22,483 nt of DNA from Octopus sinensis (GCF_006345805.1 NW_021836771.1:1-22483), one strand, 5' to 3'; shown: positions 9,366-19,560, counted from the stretch's first letter. Translations and numbers: made by a program. The notes: generated from the sequence alone by a model not told the origin.

Positions 9366-9985
9366 AAGGCGGAGAGTTGGCAGAATCGTTAATACGTCAG
9401 GGAAAATGCTTAGCGGCGTTTTGTCCATCTTTATATTCTGGGTTGAATTTCCGCTGAGGCCGATTTTGCCTTGCATTCTTTTGAGGTCAATAAAATAAGT
9501 ACCAGTTGAGCACTGGTATTGATGTAATAAGACCGTGACCTGGCAGAAACGTTAACACGCCGGTCCAAATGCCTAGCGGTATTTCATCTGCCGTTACGTT
9601 GTGAGTTCAAATTCCGTCGAGGTCGACTTTGCCTTTCATCCTTTCGGGGTCGATAAATTTAGTACCAGTTACGCACTGGGGTCGATGTAATCGACTTAAT
9701 ACCTATGTCTGTCCTTGTTTGTCCCCTCTGTGTTTAGCCCCTTGTGGGTAATAAAGAAATAAGTATTTCGTCTGCCGTTACGTTGTGAGTTCAAATTCCG
9801 TCGAGGTCGACTTTGCCTTTCATTCTTTCGAGGTCGATAAATTAAGTACCAGTTACGCACTGGGGTCGATGTAATCGACTTAATACCTATGTCTATCCTT
9901 CTTTGTCCTCTCTGTGTTTAGCGCCTTGTGGGTAATAAAGAAATAGGTATTGATGTAATGGACTTTGGGCCCAAATTTGAAATCA
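9366..9985 (+). mobile_element. Older SINE family 4 copy interrupted by a younger dimer
   Basis: Host 5' part at 9366-9528 and host 3' part at 9946-9985. A perfect 14-bp direct repeat GGTATTGATGTAAT lies at 9515-9528 and 9946-9959. Confidence 0.85.
9529..9945 (+). mobile_element. Young SINE family 4 dimer (full unit plus 5'-truncated 184-bp unit)
   Basis: Near-identical units 9579-9762 and 9763-9946 with tail TTTGTCC.CTCTGTGTTTAGC.CCTTGTGGGTAATAAAGAAATA, bounded by the 14-bp duplication. Confidence 0.9.
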
Positions 9986-10374
9986 TTACTATTATTATAA
10001 TTACTGCTTAATGGCACAATTATATTATAGGCCGGTATTATGCACGAAAACTTACAGCGATACGAGTAATGCATTTCTCATTTACCGTGCTGTGGATTAC
10101 GACCTCGTGCAATCGGTATCTGATTTATTTGGTCAATCTATCTAATCCAATCCAGGATAATGAATGAAACGATGGGAAGGAGGATGTTGCTTAGTTCTGC
10201 TATTTTTGTCTTCTTTTGTTATCAATTCGGTATAATATCGTCAAAGATATCTGAATATAGGGATAAAAAGCAGCATATTCAAGCATAAAATTCCCTCAAA
10301 TAACAGAGAGAAAGAGGATTGTGGTCGTATCACCCTACACGTTATGCTTATCTAAAAACCGTTATTTCCTTATA

Positions 10375-10375
<1 letters not shown>

Positions 10376-10434
<59 letters not shown>

Positions 10435-10543
10435 TGATGATGATGATGATAATAATAATAATAATGATAATAATAATGATAATAATAATGATAATAATAA
10501 TAATAATAATGATAATAATGATAATAATAATAATAATAATAAC

Positions 10544-10597
<54 letters not shown>
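10376..10597. repeat. (AAT)n/(GAT)n microsatellite
   Basis: Seen directly. Confidence 0.96.
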
Positions 10598-10599
<2 letters not shown>

Positions 10600-11579
10600 T
10601 AGTTATTTTAGAAAGCTTTCTTTACCCACCTCCCAATTCTTTTTTTTTTTTTTAATTCTTTTTCTGTCTTTCTAAATCACATTATACAAAGAATATATTG
10701 TATTGTCGGAAATAATTCCAAGCTTGAAATTGGTTTGGATTGTAAGTTAAAAAGAATATTGGAAATATGAAGCAAAGAACGAAAAGAAAATTCTTCAGCA
10801 TTGGCAAAAATGTTGACGATTTTTTTTTTTTGATTTTTTTTGAATTGTTGTTAGTTTGTGCTTATCTTTTATTAATAACTTTATTATTCTTTAATCGATT
10901 TGGCATCGACTCCTTTCTTTTGTTATGGCAAGCAGAAGACCCAAAGTTCTTTCGGTTTTTCTTCGTTTTTTTTTTTGTTTCTCTCTGATTAGTTTCTGCT
11001 CCTTCAAAAGTAGTAACGAGCTGTCTGTTTATCACCTGCAGTGAGATTGCGGCTTAATGCCTCTCCGAACAACTAAATAAATAAATAAATAAACAAAAAC
11101 AAAAACAACAACAACAATGACAAAAGCAAAAAAAAAAAAAAAGGGACAAAACCACGAACTTTTACGGTTTATAATGTAACGTGCGGACTAACTATACTTT
11201 GGTTGATCTCTAGAGAAATTTTGTTTCCTTTTTTCTGCACCTTTAATATTCTCGTAAAAATAAAAAAAAAGAGAAAAAGGGAAAAAACTGAAGGAAAAAA
11301 TGAACAAGATCAATATTGGTAAGCATGAAAATGGTTGAAGGTTTTTTTTTGTTATTGTTTTTTGTAGTATTTTAAATTTTTTTTTTCTTTTCTGTATACA
11401 ACACCATTCAATCAATAATTATTACTCGAATATATGACTTGAAAAAAAACAACAAAAAAACAAACAAAAAAAAAACAAAAATAAAAAACAAAAACAAAAA
11501 CACAGAAGACAAAATAGAAAGGAAAAGGAAAAAGAACATGCTCTCTGTGGTCCATTAATGCATTCCTCGGAAAGACTGT

Positions 11580-11692
11580 GTATATACATACATACATACT
11601 ACATCATACATACATACAATACATACATACATACATACATACAATACATACAGTACATACAACATACATACATATACATACATATATACATA

Positions 11693-11775
<83 letters not shown>

Positions 11776-11920
11776 AATATATGTATGCATTATATATGTG
11801 TGTGTGTGTCCCTCCTGCTAAATATATATATATATATATATATATCATATTTATATACACACATATATATATATATATATAATATATATAATGTATATAG
11901 ACATATATGTGTATATATAC

Positions 11921-11979
<59 letters not shown>

Positions 11980-12084
11980 TACACACATATGTATGTATAT
12001 ATATATATACATACATATATTTCAAAATAAATATATATATATGTATATATGTGTATACATATATTATATATATGTATATATGTG

Positions 12085-12144
<60 letters not shown>

Positions 12145-12182
12145 TGTGTGTGTGTACAAATACACACACACACACACACATA
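11580..12182. repeat. (TACA)n/(TA)n compound microsatellite
   Basis: Seen directly. Confidence 0.96.
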
Positions 12183-12774
12183 CAACAAGAATCGTGTACA
12201 TGGTAGAGGAATTAAATCAGGAAAAGAGGGAGAACTGAATGAATGTAACGCTTTTCTTTCATAAAATATTTCCTTCTCGAGCAACAAGAGGGCGTGTTGG
12301 CGGGAAAGAGCTTTTCATGCTATAACACAGGATTATAATCTGCTTCGCTTTAAAGCAAGATATTTACTCACCTTTCAGGCTGCACTTTTCTTCGGTTTGT
12401 AGAAGCGTGATCAGGGATGGGGGAGAAGGGAGTAATCGAAAAATATAGCTACACATATTCAATGAGTAAAAAGGGAGATTAGCTAGTGATACGATGTGAT
12501 GAAAGGTATGTGTATATGTATATGTGAAAGTGTGTGCCTGTGTATGCGTGCGTATATATGTATATATGTGTATATGTGATATGGAGCATAATATTACAGA
12601 TTATGGAAGCTGGGCATCCACATTGGAGAGAGAAAAAAAAGGAAGATTTAGTATATAGAAATGTCAAGTACGGAATACTTCAAAGTATAGCTTTTCTCTC
12701 TTATACATACACTTATTTATACACATGGACATATGCATACACATAATTAATGCATGCATACAATGTATACGCAT

Positions 12775-12859
12775 TATATATATATTATAATATAATATAT
12801 ATATAATATATATTATATAATATATATATATATTTATATATATGTGTGTGTGTGGGTAT

Positions 12860-12920
<61 letters not shown>

Positions 12921-13225
12921 ATATAATATATATATGTATATTTATATATAGATATATACACATACATATATGCATATGAATATATATCTGTATATATATA
13001 TAAACACATATATACATACATATATATATATATATGCATACACATATATACATACATTCATATATATATATGTGTATATTCATACATATGCATACACATA
13101 TATACATACATTCATATATATATGTGTATATACATACATACATATACATGCACATATGTATGTATATATGTGTGTATATGTATATCTATATATGTATATA
13201 CTTCTATGTATGCGTTACTGAATAC

Positions 13226-13257
<32 letters not shown>

Positions 13258-13288
13258 TACATATATAATGCATGTTTGTGCATGTATA
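12775..13288. repeat. (TA)n/(ATCT)n/(TACA)n compound microsatellite
   Basis: Seen directly. Clean (ATCT)n at ~12860-12918. Confidence 0.93.
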
Positions 13289-13299
13289 TAATAATAATA

Positions 13300-13345
<46 letters not shown>

Positions 13346-13455
13346 CATCAACAATAACAATAATAATAATAATAATGATAATAATAATTATTATTATTAT
13401 TAGTAGTAGTAGTAGTATTAGTATTAGTAGTAGTATTATTATTGTTGTTGTTGTA

Positions 13456-13518
<63 letters not shown>
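13289..13518. repeat. (AAT)n followed by (ATT)n: inverted microsatellite pair
   Basis: The repeat switches strand at ~13387-13388 (ATAATAAT|TATTATTAT). Confidence 0.92.
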
Positions 13519-13520
<2 letters not shown>

Positions 13521-13668
13521 TCTGTATATATATATATACACACGTGGTGTGCATGTGCTTGTATGTATGTATGTACAGGTTCGGGCATGTGTTCATGCCT
13601 GTTATATGTTTATAGGTATATTTCTTTATACGTGTACGTACATACACGTACTCATGCAGGTATGTATC

Positions 13669-13765
13669 GTGGCACTCCGTCGGTTGCGACGATGAGGGTT
13701 CCAGTTGATCCAATCAACGGAACAACACGCACGGGAAATTAACGTGCATGTTGCTGAACACCCTC
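13669..13765 (-). mobile_element. SINE family 1, 3' fragment
   Basis: GTGGCACTCCGTCGGTTGCGACGATGAGGGTTCC is the reverse complement of the 3' end of 1820-2168. Confidence 0.85.
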
Positions 13766-13795
13766 TGTGTGTGTATGTGTGTGTGTGCATGCGCG

Positions 13796-13827
<32 letters not shown>

Positions 13828-13907
13828 TATTAGAGACAAAACCACTATTTTGCAAACAAACAAGGAGACTTATCAATACATAAAATTTTATAAATAGTCA
13901 AAAAAAC

Positions 13908-13952
13908 CGCACTAACAATCGTTTCTTGTCTTGATCGACAATCTTCAGGTGG
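13908..13952 (-). ncRNA. Inverted copy of the hammerhead, cleavage-site region altered
   Basis: Minus strand reads CCAC-CUGAAGA-UUGUC-GAUCAA-GACAA-GAAAC-GAUU-GUUAGUGC. Core and stem II are intact, while stem III and stem I differ from the + copy. Confidence 0.5.
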
Positions 13953-13992
13953 ACTTCCATAAGTCAGTTTTTGAAACTGACTTATTGGAAGT

Positions 13993-14035
13993 CCACCTGA
14001 AGATTGTCGATCAAGACAAGAAACAATTGTAGTGG
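13993..14035 (+). ncRNA. Minimal type-I hammerhead ribozyme (PLE type)
   Basis: CCAC-CUGAAGA-UUGUC-GAUCAA-GACAA-GAA-ACAAUUGU-A/GUGG. Stem I is 4 bp, stem II is 5 bp, stem III is the self-complementary ACAAUUGU. Predicted cut after GUA at 14031. Confidence 0.85.
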
Positions 14036-14961
14036 CGGTTTTTTTGACTATTTATTAAAATTTTATGTATTGATTAAGTCTTTCCTTGTTTGTTTTGCAA
14101 AATAGTGGTTTTGTCTCTAATAATATTTTATAATATTTTACTATAAAATTGGATTTAATCCTAAATCTGATTTTTTCCCTGTAAATTTGGATTTATTCCC
14201 TAATATTTATTATATATATATATGGAGTGAAAGAGAGAGGAGATTATAGCCGCAGCTCGTGAGGTGAAACTAGTTAAAGAAATAAATGTATGACATATAC
14301 ATAGAAGAAAATTTGAGAACGAATTTTTTGTCTTCATGTGGGCCTTTATGAATATTCAAAATACTGGAAGAATAGCCCCTTTTGTCTTCATACAGGCCCC
14401 TATGCCTTTCATAATCTCAAACTTGAATCCCCTAATTAACTAGGAGCCACCTTAAACTCTTACACACAAATAGTCAACCCGCAAACATACTCGACCCCAC
14501 ATTCCATAATAATGCACTTTGCGCATACATAGGGCCCCTTCTAGCACTAAGAACTTCCTAAACTCTAGCAATAAGATAATTATTTGCCAAAATACATTTT
14601 TAAGCCATCCCATCTAGTCCGATAAAAATTTGGTATGAGTTAGCTCCTTTTTCACCCTGTTAGAGCTCCCCCCCCTTCACCTACACCGCCGGTGATAACC
14701 CACTGCAGAATATAAACAAATTGAATACACACGTGCGAAAAAAATGTGCTTAATCAAACTAGGAACCCCACACCTAAATAGCACTCATCCACCTCTAATT
14801 ACCCAATGAAACTAACCAGTCTACCACAATCAAACCTCTACCCAACGAATTTACCAGCGCAAGAACAAAATTCAATGTAAGACTTACTACCCTTGTTTAT
14901 ATTACCATCACATATGTATCAATTATTTTCGCATCCTAACCGCTGCATCTATCTATATTCA

Positions 14962-15010
14962 CATTCTGAAGAGATTGACTTAAACCAGTAAATCGAAACG
15001 ATCGTAAATG
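14962..15010 (+). ncRNA. Minimal type-I hammerhead ribozyme (second family)
   Basis: CAUU-CUGAAGA-GAUUgACU-UAAACC-AGUaAAUC-GAA-ACGAUCGU-A/AAUG. Stem I is 4 bp, stem II is 4+3 bp, stem III is the self-complementary ACGAUCGU. Predicted cut after GUA at 15006. Confidence 0.82.
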
Positions 15011-15144
15011 CTACCGTTATCTCTGCTTCCTCCTTTGTTATCTAATTAAGTTAAAGAAGGCATACCAGCGAAAACCATGAGTTTCTCCTTGTTATTACAC
15101 CCATAGTCTTCTCCTATATATATATATATATATATATGGATAAT

Positions 15145-15300
15145 CTTTTAACTTTTACTTCTTTTAGTCATCAGATTGCGAATGAATTCACTGCAGCTTT
15201 TTAAAACCTGATACTTATTATATAAATTACTTTAGCCGAACCGCTAAGTTACTGGGGTGCAAACATACCAACAACTATTGTCAGGCGGCGTTGGGGAACA
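15145..15300 (-). mobile_element. SINE family 3, degenerate 3' fragment
   Basis: TTTTACTT..TAGTCAT..GATTGCG and GCCGAACCGCTAAGTTAC match the copy at 5770-5916. Confidence 0.6.
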
Positions 15301-15964
15301 AACACACACACACACACTCACACACACACACATACACACGCAAACACATCGTTTCCAAGCGATATTTTGTCAACCATATCGATCACAGAACTTGTTTCAG
15401 TCACATAGTTATAATGCTAAAATCTTTTTATAAGAATGCGAAGTTACGCATTTATATAATAAACTAACCGCCACAAGTGACCAATCGATTTACACCACTA
15501 AAAATAGCAGGAACTCTAATCCCTCACAAATTCGTAATAATTAAACGTAACAGAGATGAGAATCTTTTTAATACGCTTCATTTTGCATAACATACGTATC
15601 GTAACAGAATAGTGTTCATTAACTCCTGACAAAGCTACGTTTCTCTAGGCATCCTGGGTATTGCAGAATCGACGTTAAAACGTCTTCAGGGGAAAGATTA
15701 GAAAGAATGAGATACACAAATTGCTGCCAATGATGTAAACATTGATCGGTGGCAGACGAACTTTTAGGAGAGTAACGGAATCTTCCCTACAATAAATCTA
15801 TTCCTGTGAGTGTAAATCTAATTACAAACAGAAGTCAAACAACATGCTGCCCCCGAAATTAAAGAAAAGCATTCAATTACGATAGTGATTGTTGAACTTT
15901 AAACGTTGTAAATAAATTAATGAATTTTCCAGTTGATTTGAAAGATGTACATAAAGACCGCTTG

Positions 15965-16016
15965 CTGTTATATACGCATACATATACACACAAACATAAA
16001 TACGTACGTACATACA

Positions 16017-16052
<36 letters not shown>

Positions 16053-16081
16053 TATATATTATATATGTATATTATATATAT

Positions 16082-16135
<54 letters not shown>

Positions 16136-16390
16136 TATATACATACATACATACATATAATATAATATACATATATATACATATATATATACATATATAT
16201 ATATACATATATATAACATATATATATACATATATATTATACGTGTGTGTGTATATCTGTATGTATATATATATATGTATGTATGAATGTACGTATGTTC
16301 GTATGTATGTATGAATGTATATGCATGGATGCAGGTATGTATGTATCTCTCTCTCCTCCTCTTTTTCTCTGTATATATGTATATATATAT

Positions 16391-16429
<39 letters not shown>

Positions 16430-16515
16430 TACATGTGGTGAGTGTGCGTGCGTACGTGCGTGCGTGTGTGGTGTGTGTGTGGTGTGTGTGTGTGTGTGTA
16501 TGTGTATGTGTGTGT
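15965..16515. repeat. (CATA)n/(TA)n/(TATG)n/(GT)n compound microsatellite
   Basis: Seen directly. Confidence 0.95.
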
Positions 16516-16621
16516 GTAAAAGGACTATAGTGCATTTTTCCAAAATTTTACTGGTGGAAATCATTAAAAAAATTACAAAACAAACAAAAAAAAGAAAGAA
16601 AATAATTGCCATGTTTATGGT

Positions 16622-16790
16622 TTCTGCTATTCTCATTCCAGGAATTGGATTGCGGCCATGTTAGGACAGCGCCTCTACATGTTTAATCGATCAAATTGAA
16701 CCAAGTATTTAATTAATTGACCCTTATTTGTCCAACCAGTACGTTACGGATGTATAGTCACAAAATATTAAGCACAGAAACTTGGAGAAC
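16622..16790 (-). mobile_element. SINE family 3, highly degenerate fragment
   Basis: GATTGCGGCCATG.TAGG.CA.CGCC and TTTAATCGA.CAAATTGA.CC resemble 5807-5855. Confidence 0.5.
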
Positions 16791-16792
16791 AC

Positions 16793-17260
16793 AAACACAC
16801 ATACACGCATACATACATACATACATACATACATACATACATACATACATACACACACATATGTATACACACACATATATATATACACGCATACATACAT
16901 ACATACATACATACATACATGCATACATACATACATACATACATACATACATACATACATACATACACGCATACATACACGCATACATACATAATTACAT
17001 ACATACTACATACATACATACATACATACATACGTACATACACGCATACATACATACATACATACATACACACATACATACATACATACACACATACACA
17101 CATACATACATAAACGCATACATACATACATACATACATACATGCATACACGCATACATACATACATACATACATACATACATGCTTACATACATACATA
17201 CATACACACACATATGTATACACACACATATATATACATGCATACATATATACATACACG
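16793..17260. repeat. (CATA)n microsatellite
   Basis: Seen directly. The interruption CACACATATGTATACACACACATATATATA recurs near 16855 and 17205. Confidence 0.96.
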
Positions 17261-17399
17261 ATAAGCATATCTAGAGAAATATGGCTATGATCTTCTTGAT
17301 ATTTTCTATTATCCAGTGTAGTACTCACTCACTGCTTCATTCTCTGTCTCTGCTTCGTATATGTGCTGTATATATATATATATATATATATAGATATAT

Positions 17400-17776
17400 A
17401 TTATAATATATTATATAAAATCCGTTCTGTCTGTCTGTCTGTGGGTCTTCTAGGATCTCGGGCATCCGCCACCCGATTGCGCTCAAATTTGATATGTAGA
17501 TATCGACAGTATCAGGGCGTGTATAAGTCTTGAAAAAAATTACAAAAATCGATTCCAGATGAGAATGCGATCGATAAAGCCGCGGGAACGTGCATTTGTG
17601 CGCGCAAGTACATCAGCTGTTGCGATCGATACTACACGTACGCGAGAAAAATGCATATGCAGTTTGCGCAAAAAAATGGGACGGTCGGACAAGTTGTTTT
17701 GAGAAAATATGGTTTAATTGTTTGACAACTCAGCACCGTCCATTGGACGGGTGGGGGTGGGAGGGCGTTTTGCTAG
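17400..17776 (+). mobile_element. Probable non-autonomous Helitron (DINE-1/Lep1-like layout)
   Basis: 5' TTATATAAAATCCG followed by (CTGT)n (17427-17442) and CCGATTGCGCTCAAATTTG. At 3' a perfect hairpin CCGTCC-ATT-GGACGG (17736-17750), then CTAG (17773-17776) followed by T. The 5' TC is not resolvable within (TA)n. Confidence 0.55.
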
Positions 17777-17805
<29 letters not shown>

Positions 17806-17807
<2 letters not shown>

Positions 17808-17864
17808 CGAACTCTGGACCTTAAGATCGTGAGCTGAATACCCTAACCATTGAGCCTTGTGCCT
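17806..17864 (-). mobile_element. tRNA-derived SINE head only
   Basis: Minus strand AGGCACAAGGCTCAATGGTTAGGGTATTCAGCTCACGATCTTAAGGTCCAGAGTTCGAT carries A- and B-box-like motifs, like the heads at 2237 and 8155. Confidence 0.65.
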
Positions 17865-17984
17865 TATCCTCTCTCTGTCCCTCTCTCCACACTCTCTCTC
17901 TCTTCTCTCTCTCACACACACACTCGTACACATATGCCATATGTAGAGAATTTAATACATGTACGTGTATGTATATACACACGC

Positions 17985-18011
17985 ACACACACGCACACAC
18001 ACACACACACA

Positions 18012-18080
<69 letters not shown>
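17985..18080. repeat. (CA)n microsatellite
   Basis: Seen directly. Confidence 0.96.
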
Positions 18081-18083
<3 letters not shown>

Positions 18084-19105
18084 CAGTGAATAAATTACGC
18101 AAAAATGAAAATAACACTGACATATCATTTTAACAGACGTATTTACCAAAATTACATAAAAATACCTTGAAATACTAAAGAGCAAATTGATTCAATAAAA
18201 TCCCCTTTTGGCTTCAACCACGGCCTCCAGACGACTTCGGAATCTCCTGCAGCTCTTCTGGACAGTCCCCTTGTTTAAGTTGGTGAATGCTGCCATAATC
18301 CTCGCCTTCAGTTCATCTTTGGTGTTACAAGGAGTTGTGCTGGCCTCTCGCACCCCACACATAATAATCAAGGAGTTTGCAGTCTGGGGAGTTAGGTGGC
18401 CAGATGTTAGGGGTGATGTGGTCGCAGAAATTGTCTGACAGCCATGACTGGGTTCTCCTGCTTGTGCGGCATGGTGCAAAGTCCTGTTGCCAGACATAGG
18501 GGCTTCCACTCTCTTGCTCAACCACTCTCTTGCTCAGGACAGCACTACCCCCTCCAGGCACTTGATGTAGGCCTCTATGTTGTTAACTGGATGTTTGATA
18601 TTTATCACTCTTTGGAGTACACGTTTTGGAGACACGGCAAGCCAACGGTTGTTCTGTGTGTTCACCCTCTGTTCAGCCAACGGTTGTTCTGTGTGTTCAC
18701 CATCTGTTCAGCCAACGGTTGCTCTGTGTGTTCACCATCTGTTCAGCCAACGGTTGCTCTGTGTGTTCACCATCTGTTCAGCCAACGGTTGCTCTGTGTG
18801 TTCACCATCTGTTCAGCCAACGGTTGTTCTGTGTGTTCACCCTCTGTTCAACCAACGGTTGTTCTGTGTGTTCACCATCTGTTCAGCCAACGGTTGTTCT
18901 GTGTGTTCACCATCTGCTCGTATTGGAGCTTCTGGCGCGAATGCCAAGCAGTACAGCATGTCGTTTCAAAATTTCTAGCATTTTTCCTCACAAACGATGC
19001 CCAACTGACTGTCCTATTCTGTATAGGCGACAAAATCAAAAATAAACGATGCGCAAGTGCAATATTAAAACTATAAAATGGCGACGATTTACCCATCGCA
19101 CACTG
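18079..19105 (-). mobile_element. Internally deleted Tc1/mariner-superfamily transposon, DD37D (maT-type)
   Basis: ORF track gives VWQQD...WPPNSPDCKLLDYYVWG with 37 residues between the Asp codons at 18481-18483 and 18367-18369. After a frameshift the C-terminus reads ELKARIMAAF...CRRFRSRLEAVVEAKRG. The N-terminal remnant KRHAVLLGIRARSSNT is at ~18920-18965. Both ends begin CAGTG, but the TIRs are otherwise diverged. Confidence 0.88.
18641..18916. repeat. 35-bp minisatellite, ~7.9 copies, inside the transposon
   Basis: Unit GCCAACGGTTGTTCTGTGTGTTCACCATCTGTTCA starts at 18641, 18676, 18711, 18746, 18781, 18816, 18851 and 18886 (partial), with 0-2 substitutions per unit. Confidence 0.97.
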
Positions 19106-19106
19106 A

Positions 19107-19560
<454 letters not shown>

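Larger units (their letters stand above)
13824..14126. repeat. ~300-bp palindrome (arms 147 and 153 nt, 3-nt loop), probable inverted PLE pLTR
   Basis: Arm 13824-13970 is the reverse complement of 13974-14126 around loop TTG (13971-13973). By hand alignment the arms differ by 7 deleted bases, 1 inserted base and 1 substitution. Confidence 0.95.

Noticed and set aside
10039-10240. Minus-strand exon between acceptor TTTTTATCCCTATATTCAG (~10240) and donor GTAAGT (~10040)
   Set aside because: Stops in all three frames within ~50 nt, so nothing in the sequence supports it as coding.
14245-14280. GAAACTAGTTAAAG with palindromic ACTAGT as another hammerhead
   Set aside because: No CUGANGA core or credible stems I and II upstream.
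15640-15812. Plus-strand exon from TTTCTCTAG (~15648) to GTGAGT (~15806)
   Set aside because: Stops in all frames, and the splice-like motifs alone are insufficient.
18641-18916. 35-bp repeat as a CRISPR array
   Set aside because: No spacers: the units are contiguous and derive from transposase sequence in a eukaryotic context.
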